A stretch of 54,834 bases of DNA, from positions 1 to 54,834 of the forward strand of contig JBDRKP010000053.1 of NCBI GenBank assembly GCA_043813875.1, given 5' to 3'. The notes under the pieces were generated by a model that made no database searches, was not told the origin of the DNA, and saw only the letters and a list, made by a program, of their open reading frames with translations. Source of the DNA: an archaeon. GTDB taxonomy: Archaea; EX4484-52; B79-G9. The translations under genes and the position numbers were made by a program. This document shows, one piece after another, positions 46,964 through 54,834 of this stretch (position 1 is the first letter of the stretch; each line of letters starts with the position of its first letter).

Positions 46964-47479
46964 ATGAAATACGAATGTCAGTACAAGTTTCCTATAACTG
47001 ACAAGAGCGCATTCATCCTGAGATTAAAATCAAAAAATATCACTTTGACTGCCCCTTCTGACCATAAATACACTTATTTTGAGCCAGCTTCAAGGGATGG
47101 CGCTGCCCATACATTCATCAGAATCAAAGAGTCGCAGGGCAAGAGCGCAATTGATATGAAAACAAGAGATGAAGAGGACAGCTGGAAAAGCTTTGAATCA
47201 AGGATAGACAATCCGGGAGAGATGAAGAGCATCCTTGGGGGTATCGGGTGCAAAGAGGTGTTCGCTTTCCACAAGAGAAGGCAGACGTTTATCAATGAAT
47301 TCATACGTATCGATGTTGATACTATCGATAAGATCGGAACGTTTCTTGAAGCGAAATTCGCTTCCAGGGATAAAGAGAGAGTCGAGCAATTCCTTTCCGG
47401 TGTCGGAATTAATGTTGATAAATACGATAACAGAAGTATTGTCGAGATATTCCTTTCAAAGGAGCAGGGCAATCTTTGA
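46964..47479 (+). CDS. CYTH domain protein (class IV adenylate cyclase-like, degenerate)
   Basis: YECQYKF in place of ExExK, YF, IRIK, KRRQTF, IDVDTIDKIGTFLE. Confidence 0.75.
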   Translation: MKYECQYKFPITDKSAFILRLKSKNITLTAPSDHKYTYFEPASRDGAAHTFIRIKESQGKSAIDMKTRDEEDSWKSFESRIDNPGEMKSILGGIGCKEVFAFHKRRQTFINEFIRIDVDTIDKIGTFLEAKFASRDKERVEQFLSGVGINVDKYDNRSIVEIFLSKEQGNL

Positions 47480-47480
47480 T

Positions 47481-47807
47481 TTATTCTTTGTCCTGGACGA
47501 ATCGTGTGTTGTTCTTTAAGGCGTATTCGGCGCGCGCAAGTTCGTATCCCAGATATGCTGCGTGGTCCAGGTGCGAGATGAAGTCATGGAGCAGTATTGC
47601 CCGGTAAAGGTCGATGCCGTTCCTGCCGTTGAAGACCATCCTGAGCTTGCCGCTTTTTATTTTGGTGTCGTTTCTTATGGCATCATAATACTGGACCTGG
47701 ATGTTTTTTTTCTCTTGGTCGATGTCGATGACAAAGAAGCCTTTGTCGAGCCTGATGTCCTCTTTGTGCTTCGGGACGTTCACGGTTATTTTTTCGTGGG
47801 GGAGCAT
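47481..47807 (-). CDS. Stand-alone DUF4346 domain protein
   Basis: D.GFFVIDID...ISHLDHAAYLGYELARAE.AL....FVQD. Confidence 0.8.
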   Translation of the reverse strand: MLPHEKITVNVPKHKEDIRLDKGFFVIDIDQEKKNIQVQYYDAIRNDTKIKSGKLRMVFNGRNGIDLYRAILLHDFISHLDHAAYLGYELARAEYALKNNTRFVQDKE

Positions 47808-47838
47808 AATGAGAAATTGTTGGTTGACAAATAAAAAC

Positions 47839-49089
47839 TTATCTGAAGCAGTACTTGACATCCAGAAAGTCGTTTCGGAATGCTTTCACGTCTTCTTTTA
47901 CGCACGCGGGGTCCTCTTTGTCGACTACTACGCGCTTCATGAGTTCTGCCAGATGTTTCATGTCTGATTCCAACATGCCGAAGTGGGTCATCTCTGCTGT
48001 GCCTATCCTTATGCCTGCGGGATTGGCGGAGTTGTTTACGTCTTCCCATGGAAGGAGGTTCTTGTTTAGGATTATGTTCGCTTTTTCCAAGGTTTCTGCG
48101 GTCCATGCGCCGCCGCCGTATTTGCTTACATCTACTATTACCTGATGCGATTTTGTGAAGCCCTTGTTTTCTGCGAGGACGTCGAAGCCGTATCCGTGGA
48201 GCGACTCTGCGAGTGCCTGTGCGTTCTTAATAATCTGTTTTGCGTAGGATTCACCGAATTCCAGCATCTCTGCCATTGTCACTGCGAGGGCTGGCAGGCG
48301 ATGGAGATGGTGGTTGGATACGAGCGCGGGAAATATCTTCGGCCTGATCTTTTTGTAGTGCTCTTCCTTGTTGCCGAATATTATGCCGCCCTGGGGGCCG
48401 GGGAATGTCTTGTGGGCTGATGCGCCGACTACGTCTACGCCTTCTCTTAGGGGGTCCTGGAACTGCTTTCCTGCAACGAGGCCAAGGACGTGGGAACTGT
48501 CGTAGGTGAGGACTGCGCCTACTTCGTCTGCTGCTTCTCTCAGCTCTTTTAGAGGGTGGGGGAAAAGGAATATTGTGCCGCCGGCGTTGACCAGTTTCGG
48601 CTTGTGCTCGAGGATGACTTTACGGCTTTTGTCAATGTCTAAGTTCATCTCGTCCCTGTCGAGGGGCATGTGCCTCACTTCCAGGCCGCGGATGCCTGCT
48701 GCCCCGAATTCTGCCTGGCTTATGTGGGCGCCTGCGGGGACGCTCGGGGCTACGTAGTGGTCGCCGTGCTTTGCGAATGATGTGAGAACGATAAGGATTG
48801 ACAGGCAGCCGGAGATTGGCCGCACGTCAAGGAACTGGGCGCCGAATAGCTTTTTTCCCAGGTCTATGCAGGCGGTCTCTACCTCGTCGACGTAGGATAA
48901 ACCCTGGTAGTACCTTTTGTGGGGCATGCCTTCTGCGTAACGGTGCTCAAAGTCAGAATTATAAAGTTGCCATGCCATGGGGCTCATGACGTTTTCTGAT
49001 GCGATGAGGTTTATGCATTCCCTGCCGCGCCATTGATCATGTTTTTTTACTGTGTCTTTCACTTCGCTTATTATCTCTTTTACGTTCAT
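47839..49089 (-). CDS. glyA: Serine hydroxymethyltransferase, archaeal type
   Basis: INLIASEN, RYAEG....RYYQG, HKTFPGPQGG PLP lysine, SNHHL, GIRIGT. Confidence 0.96.
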   Translation of the reverse strand: MNVKEIISEVKDTVKKHDQWRGRECINLIASENVMSPMAWQLYNSDFEHRYAEGMPHKRYYQGLSYVDEVETACIDLGKKLFGAQFLDVRPISGCLSILIVLTSFAKHGDHYVAPSVPAGAHISQAEFGAAGIRGLEVRHMPLDRDEMNLDIDKSRKVILEHKPKLVNAGGTIFLFPHPLKELREAADEVGAVLTYDSSHVLGLVAGKQFQDPLREGVDVVGASAHKTFPGPQGGIIFGNKEEHYKKIRPKIFPALVSNHHLHRLPALAVTMAEMLEFGESYAKQIIKNAQALAESLHGYGFDVLAENKGFTKSHQVIVDVSKYGGGAWTAETLEKANIILNKNLLPWEDVNNSANPAGIRIGTAEMTHFGMLESDMKHLAELMKRVVVDKEDPACVKEDVKAFRNDFLDVKYCFR

Positions 49090-49215
49090 GATTAAAACAC
49101 CCCACGAATCTTACGAGTTGAAATTGATTCCAAAACTTAAATAATGTTGTTGAAAGAAATATTATTATTGGAATAATCACTCACAAATATATAATTTTGG
49201 TGCTAAAATCATCTT

Positions 49216-50118
49216 ATGAAGCTTATATCCAAGGGCAAGGTCAAGGAAGTCTACGAGGTTGACGGGCGCGAACTTGAGTTCCGCTTCACTGACCAGATCT
49301 CTGTCTTTGACAAGATCATCCCGAGCCTGATTCCGCGCAAGGGGGAGACGCTCAACAAGACTTCTGTCTTCTGGTTCGAGAAGCTCAAAGAGGCCGGCAT
49401 CAGGAATCATTTCATCTCTTCGCCTACGTCTAATTCGATGCGCGTCAAGCGCGTGAATGTGATCCATGATTACGGCAAAATAAATAATGAGACACGCAAT
49501 TATCTTATCCCTCTTGAGGTCGTATGCAGGCATTATGTCGCCGGGTCGCTTAATGACAAGATAATTTCGGGAAAGATAAAGGGTGAGGCGCTCGGTTTCC
49601 CGCCGGGCCATGCGCCTAAATACGGGGAGAAGCTGCCACGGCCTTTTGTCGAGTTCACGACAAAGCTTGAGCCGGTTGACCGGAAGCTTACTGAAGAGGA
49701 GGCGCTTGATATCTCCGGCCTTACCCTGGATGAACTCTCAAAAATCAAGGAAATCGTCTTAAAGATTGATGCGATTATCGCGGAGGTCGCAGGAAACCAG
49801 GGGCTTATCCATGTCGACGGGAAAAAGGAGTTCGGGATGGATGAGAACAGGAACATCATGGTTGTCGATACTTTCGGCACGCTTGATGAGGACAGATGGT
49901 GGGATATGGCTGAGTGGCAGAACGGGCGAATAACTGAGCTTTCGAAGGAATTCGTGCGCCAGCATTATCGGAAAACTGGATATTTCGATGAGCTTGAAGA
50001 GGCGCGGAAAAACGGTATGCCTGAACAGGATATACCTGCGCTGCCGGATGATGTGATCGCAGAGGTCACTCTGCTTTATGTCGGGATGTATGAGCGAATC
50101 ACAGGCAGGAAATTGTGA
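49216..50118 (+). CDS. purC: SAICAR synthetase
   Basis: KGKVKEVY, TDQISVFD, PLEVVCR, TTKLE, VDGKKEFG, LSKEFVR. Confidence 0.93.
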   Translation: MKLISKGKVKEVYEVDGRELEFRFTDQISVFDKIIPSLIPRKGETLNKTSVFWFEKLKEAGIRNHFISSPTSNSMRVKRVNVIHDYGKINNETRNYLIPLEVVCRHYVAGSLNDKIISGKIKGEALGFPPGHAPKYGEKLPRPFVEFTTKLEPVDRKLTEEEALDISGLTLDELSKIKEIVLKIDAIIAEVAGNQGLIHVDGKKEFGMDENRNIMVVDTFGTLDEDRWWDMAEWQNGRITELSKEFVRQHYRKTGYFDELEEARKNGMPEQDIPALPDDVIAEVTLLYVGMYERITGRKL

Positions 50119-50415
50119 GTCCGGATGGGCAAGTGCAGAATTCATCAGTGACGGTTTAGTACCGGGAACGCTGATTTAGCGCGTTTTGCGCATAAATCGC
50201 TAATACTTCTTTCCACACATTGCTTTTTTTGAAAATTGTTTGTATTGATAGATTCTTTCTGCGGTATTTAAACTCTGCTTATGGACGCCTTGCCGATATG
50301 GACGAAACTGTGCATCATCAAGAGCAACATTAAGGTTTGATAAGCAATTAACATGCCGATAGAATTGCGATACTCATACTTCAGATATATAAATTCATCT
50401 AATTCTAATAAATGC

Positions 50416-51816
50416 ATGAACATGAATGTAGTTCTGCGTGATGTGGGCATTCTTCTCAAATACATGAGCCCTGTCTTTCTTTTGCCGATCATTGTCGCGC
50501 TGATCTATGAGGAATATTTCACGATAATCTATTTTGTTCTTGCGTCACTGCCGATGTTCGCATTAGGCGTGATTCTTGAAAAGGCTTTTCAAACGGATGA
50601 AAAGACATCGCTTAAAGAGAGTCTTGTGACGGTGTCACTCATATGGCTCGTTATCACGCTTATCGCGACGATACCATACATCGGCATTGAACAGATATCA
50701 CTTCTTGATGCGGCTTTTGAGACCATGTCGGCGTGGACGACCACAGGATTCAGCCTTCTGGTCCCGGAGGATCTAGGGCGGACGATGCTTTTTTACAGGA
50801 GCATGCAGCAGTGGTTCGGCGGGGTCGGGATTGTCGTTCTTGCGCTTGCAGGACTGTTCAAGACAGGTTCCAGCCTTTATTATGCGGAGGCAAGGACCGA
50901 TAAGATAATGCCGAATATCCTGAATACTGTCAAGATGATCTGGGGGATATACGCTCTTTATACTATTGCCGGAGCGGCACTGCTTGCTCTTTTGGGGATG
51001 AGTGTGTTTGATGCGGTCAACCATAGCATGACATCGATTGCCACGGGAGGGCTTTCTACGCACAGCGAAAGCATCGGGTATTATAACAACCCCTATATCG
51101 AATTTGTTGTCATCCTGATAATGATTGTCGGGTCCGTGTCTTTTCTTTCGCATTATGATCTCATCAACGGCAAAGTAAAGAAATTCTATAATGATGTATT
51201 TGTGAGATCGCTTATTTTGGCGATTATTGCTGGCACTCTTTTTGTTTTCAATGAAATGGGCTTCCGGACCGGGCTTTTCACTGTCGTCTCTGCCATATCA
51301 AGCACGGGTTTTAATCTTGATGATATCGCTCTATGGCCGCATTTTTCGAGTTTTGCGCTGATTATCCTTATGCTTGTCGGCGGCTGTGCGGGGGCGACGG
51401 CGTCAGGCATCAAAATCAACCGTATTGTTGTGGTGCTCAAGTCCATATGGTGGTCTGTGAAGCGTATAAGGCATCCGAGGCATATCTTCTCAAGAAAATT
51501 TGGCAATGTAAGCTATAATTATATCATTGTCGGCGAGATATTTAAGTTTGTAGCACTGTATCTTATATTTGTCGTCATGGGCATTTTTGTGTTCATGTAT
51601 GGCGGGTGCGTGGAGGATGGACATGATACGGGATGCGATATGAACACGTCGATATTTCAGTCTGTGTCAGCTATCGGAAATAGCGGGCTGTCTGTGATGT
51701 CCAACTATACGCCGCTTGGAAAAATCATGGCGATCTTTCTTATGTGGATAGGAAGACTTGAAATATGGGCTATCGTCATATTTTTAGGATATCTGGCAGT
51801 CAAATCAAATAAGTGA
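50416..51816 (+). CDS. trkH: Trk potassium uptake membrane subunit
   Basis: TTTGFS, QWFGGVG, ATGGLS, SSTGF, GGCAGATASGIK, GNSGL, MWIGRLEI. Confidence 0.93.
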   Translation: MNMNVVLRDVGILLKYMSPVFLLPIIVALIYEEYFTIIYFVLASLPMFALGVILEKAFQTDEKTSLKESLVTVSLIWLVITLIATIPYIGIEQISLLDAAFETMSAWTTTGFSLLVPEDLGRTMLFYRSMQQWFGGVGIVVLALAGLFKTGSSLYYAEARTDKIMPNILNTVKMIWGIYALYTIAGAALLALLGMSVFDAVNHSMTSIATGGLSTHSESIGYYNNPYIEFVVILIMIVGSVSFLSHYDLINGKVKKFYNDVFVRSLILAIIAGTLFVFNEMGFRTGLFTVVSAISSTGFNLDDIALWPHFSSFALIILMLVGGCAGATASGIKINRIVVVLKSIWWSVKRIRHPRHIFSRKFGNVSYNYIIVGEIFKFVALYLIFVVMGIFVFMYGGCVEDGHDTGCDMNTSIFQSVSAIGNSGLSVMSNYTPLGKIMAIFLMWIGRLEIWAIVIFLGYLAVKSNK

Positions 51817-51828
51817 GGTGTAGTTATT

Positions 51829-52482
51829 ATGCATATTATCATTGTCGGTGGAGGAAAAATCGGATTCTCGCTTGCGGAGACGCTTGCGGCGCATAAGCAT
51901 GATGTGGTCATCATCGAGGAGGACAAGGCGAAGTGCCAGGAGATTGCAGATGAGTTCAACGGGATTGTCATACATGGCGATGCGACGCAGATTGATGTCC
52001 TGAAAGACGCCAAGGTCGAAAAGGCGGATGTCTTTGTTGCTGTAACATCGAGTGAGGAAGTGAATCTTTTGAGCTGCCTTCTTGCAAAAGAGACATGCAA
52101 AGCCAAGACTCTTGCAAGAATCATCAATCCGAGCTATGAAAAGGTGTTCAAGAAAGTAGGTATAGACCTTGTGATGTCGCCGGAGGTCGCCATGGCATCG
52201 CGGCTGGAGTCGATGATAATCGAGCCGGATGTGGTGGATATCGCCATGATACACAGAGGGAATATAGAGATGATTGAGTTCACTGTCACTGAAAAGTCAA
52301 AGGCGCTCGGGAAGAGTGTGAAGGAGCTTGAGAGGCCTAAGGGGGCGATCATCGTCGCTGTGAAGGAGAATGATAGCTTCATCATCCCAGGGGTGCATAC
52401 TGTTCTTAAGAAGGGTGAGCGGGTCATAGTGATTGTCAAGAAAGACATGGAAGGGCAGATAAGGAAGATGTTTGAAGGGTGA
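51829..52482 (+). CDS. trkA: Trk potassium uptake RCK subunit
   Basis: IIVGGGKIG, HGDAT, RCK_C domain; follows trkH. Confidence 0.93.
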   Translation: MHIIIVGGGKIGFSLAETLAAHKHDVVIIEEDKAKCQEIADEFNGIVIHGDATQIDVLKDAKVEKADVFVAVTSSEEVNLLSCLLAKETCKAKTLARIINPSYEKVFKKVGIDLVMSPEVAMASRLESMIIEPDVVDIAMIHRGNIEMIEFTVTEKSKALGKSVKELERPKGAIIVAVKENDSFIIPGVHTVLKKGERVIVIVKKDMEGQIRKMFEG

Positions 52483-52486
52483 ACCG

Positions 52487-53632
52487 GTGGCAATAAAATA
52501 TCCGTATGAGTATGATAAAGAGAAGAGGAAGAGAGCTAAAATATATACGAGGACGAAGATCATCAACGGCATTGTCAATTCCATATTCATATCGATGATT
52601 TTTCTTGTCTTCCTGTTGTATTCGGGGTATACACAGACCATATTGGAGTATGCTATCCAGATCGCAGGATCATATTATGTCCCGGCGTATATCATCGTGC
52701 TTATGACTCTGCTTACGATTGTTGAGTTCCCGCTGTCTTTCTATTCGGGGTTCATATACGAGCATAAGTACAAGCTTTCGAACCAGTGCCTCTATGCCTG
52801 GCTTGTGGATTTCTTTAAGGAAATAGCTCTGATGTATGCTATAGCTGTCCCGCTCCTGTGGGGGCTTTATGTGCTGATGGGGTGGACGCCGATATGGTAT
52901 GTCTATGCGGCGATTCTTTATATCGGATTTACTGCTTTCCTTGATTATATCTATCCGATAGTGATATTTCCGATTTTCTATAAGACCAGGCCGTATGCTG
53001 ATGAAGAGATGAAGAGGAAGCTTCTTCTTATGGCAGAGAAGGCGGGCATCAAGAATTTCAGGAGTGTCGAGGTCGCATGCGAGAGCGAGAAGTCGAACAA
53101 GGCGAATGCTATGTTTACGGGGATAGGCGGGTCTAAGAGGATCGTTCTTTTTGATACGCTTCTTGATAATTTTACTGCTGATGAGATTGAGACTGTTGTC
53201 GCGCATGAGCTTGGGCATTATGTGAATAAGGATATACTGAGGCTTACTGTTATTGATTCGCTTAAGATAATACCGGTGTTTCTGATCATCATCGCGGTGT
53301 TCGAGAATTATGCTATCGATTTCGGTATCTCCGGTATAGGGGATATTTCGGGGCTGCCGCTTTTTCTTCTGGTCAACTCGGTGATTGAGCTTATACTTAT
53401 GGGACCGATGATGGCGTATTCGAGGAAGAGGGAGAAGGCGGCTGATTTGTTTGCGCTTGAGTTCACGGGAAAGGCGGAGGCGCAGATATCGACTGAGAAG
53501 AGGCTTGCGGATATGAATCTTGCGGATGAGAGCCCGCATGCGCTCGTCGAGTTCCTGCTGTATTCGCATCCGGCGGTGAGCAAGAGGATTGAGTATGCGA
53601 GGGAGTGGGAGAAGAAGAAAAAGAAAGAATGA
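52487..53632 (+). CDS. M48 family (Ste24-like) membrane zinc metalloprotease
   Basis: ANAMFTG, LFDTLL, AHELGH, SRKREKAAD, SHP...RI. Confidence 0.92.
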   Translation: MAIKYPYEYDKEKRKRAKIYTRTKIINGIVNSIFISMIFLVFLLYSGYTQTILEYAIQIAGSYYVPAYIIVLMTLLTIVEFPLSFYSGFIYEHKYKLSNQCLYAWLVDFFKEIALMYAIAVPLLWGLYVLMGWTPIWYVYAAILYIGFTAFLDYIYPIVIFPIFYKTRPYADEEMKRKLLLMAEKAGIKNFRSVEVACESEKSNKANAMFTGIGGSKRIVLFDTLLDNFTADEIETVVAHELGHYVNKDILRLTVIDSLKIIPVFLIIIAVFENYAIDFGISGIGDISGLPLFLLVNSVIELILMGPMMAYSRKREKAADLFALEFTGKAEAQISTEKRLADMNLADESPHALVEFLLYSHPAVSKRIEYAREWEKKKKKE

Positions 53633-53637
53633 CTCAA

Positions 53638-54552
53638 TCACGCGTATATATCAAGACCTTGTGGTAGAATGATCTCGTCTGTGAACATCATATTACGATA
53701 TTGTTCGGGCATATTGTCCAAGAATTTGAATCTGTTCGCCTGATTTGTATAAACCGGTACGACAAGGATGGGATTGTCTGGTCCAATCTTATTACCAAAA
53801 CCATGGTCTCCTCTGATTATGTCCATGGCAAGCATGAGGTCTTCAATGGTCTGTTTGTCGTTTGAGTAATTAAGAACAAATCCTGGATATAATGTCTCAT
53901 TCATGTGAGGATTCAGGCCATCACAATCTTCATCAAGAAGATATACAATCCGTGTCAGATGATTTTCTGTCTTTATCATGTCCTCGTACGGAATATGCTC
54001 ATGGTCTGCATTTGTCTTGTGTGCTAATTTTGAGACAAAATCATATCCGAAGGCGTCAGCAGGGGTTATTCCTTCCACAACTTCATCTTGCAGCTCTTCT
54101 GCACGTTTTTCATAACTCTCTTTGATGCTCTTGTCGCTTTTGACCAGTAAGTTGTAGATATTGGCGTTTGCGCCGCACAAGTCATGGGTCGTTAACTTAT
54201 TGTATTCTTTTCCTGTTTTCTTGCGATTCAGCAAAAATGCTTCGGCTGCACCAAGACCGGCATCTATCGCAGCCTGTCCTTTTAGCCCTTTATCCAATCC
54301 ATAATGCTTGATATAAGTGATGAAGGTGCCTGGATATCCGTGGCGGTGCAGATCAAGTCTCTCATCGATGCAGCCGGCTACGTCGCCGCCGCCGAAAAGA
54401 GCTTTAATAACCTCTTCAGATTGTTCATTGAAATAATCGTTAATACATCCTTGTTTGAAATCAATAGTTTGGGTTTGTTCTTCTGTTCCGTAAATTACGG
54501 CCAGATATCCGTTATTCTCAATCCAGCCCTTTTCAACTTCTTCATGATTCAA
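53638..54552 (-). CDS. Hypothetical protein with beta/zeta carbonic-anhydrase-like metal ligands
   Basis: GCIDER and THDLCGA motifs; GGTGA SD 5 nt before TTG. Confidence 0.5.
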   Translation of the reverse strand: MNHEEVEKGWIENNGYLAVIYGTEEQTQTIDFKQGCINDYFNEQSEEVIKALFGGGDVAGCIDERLDLHRHGYPGTFITYIKHYGLDKGLKGQAAIDAGLGAAEAFLLNRKKTGKEYNKLTTHDLCGANANIYNLLVKSDKSIKESYEKRAEELQDEVVEGITPADAFGYDFVSKLAHKTNADHEHIPYEDMIKTENHLTRIVYLLDEDCDGLNPHMNETLYPGFVLNYSNDKQTIEDLMLAMDIIRGDHGFGNKIGPDNPILVVPVYTNQANRFKFLDNMPEQYRNMMFTDEIILPQGLDIYA

Positions 54553-54712
54553 TCATATCACCGTGCATCTATCAGATAATGTGTTCTTGTTATAACTCAC
54601 CAATAATATCTCAAAGATTTAGTAAAAGAATGGTTAAATTTAAATAGGTTTTGACTTGTGCGGCTTTTTTTCAGATAATCAGGCGGAGAAGAAAAAATAA
54701 AACGAATTTGAG

Positions 54713-54834
54713 GCATCGCCTATCCCCGCAGCAAGCTACGGGGTATTACGGCGATGCTAATTATTAAGATATCAACTCATCAAAGCCCCCATTCAAGTGC
54801 ACACGTTCAAAATCGCAGCAAGCTGCGGGGTATT
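54713..54834. mobile_element. IS200/IS605-type hairpin pair (PATE-like) at the window edge
   Basis: GCATCGCC..CCCCGCAGC-AA-GCTACGGGG..GGCGATGC, and a second CGCAGC-AA-GCTGCG-GGGTATT. Confidence 0.55.

Noticed and set aside
1-54834. tRNA, rRNA or SRP RNA genes; stop-codon reassignment
   Set aside because: No cloverleaf or T-loop consensus was noticed by eye, and conserved genes end normally at TAA, TAG and TGA; a covariance-model scan is needed to exclude RNA genes firmly

Overview
Archaeal chromosomal segment, most likely from a DPANN-type lineage (inference from SRP54, proteasome beta + aCPSF1, the Pus10-L21e-RpoF-DUF655 cluster, archaeosortases, GGTGA Shine-Dalgarno sites, a pilin-like secreted protein and a tandem Lrp regulator). 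It is mostly housekeeping genes, plus a metal/oxidative-stress cluster, a HEPN-MNT pair and scattered AT-rich orphans. I saw no tRNA, rRNA, CRISPR array, transposase or integrase. Main observations: (1) two genes appear to need, and two more may use, ATC/ATA start codons at the SD-defined position; (2) a ~99-bp TA-flanked, two-hairpin miniature element recurs with compensatory stem changes and a fixed TAGT-N16-TGGACAAAT end architecture, and one copy cleanly splits an otherwise intact glycerophosphodiester phosphodiesterase gene; (3) a second multi-stem repeat and small nested hairpins stack up in intergenic regions; (4) an AT-rich island holds a tandem-Lrp regulator, an unannotated 35-aa peptide, a GCS2-type ligase and a divergent diadenylate-cyclase-like protein; (5) two archaeosortases lie next to a candidate substrate with a variant C-terminal sorting signal. 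All product calls come from motif recognition by eye, with no database search.
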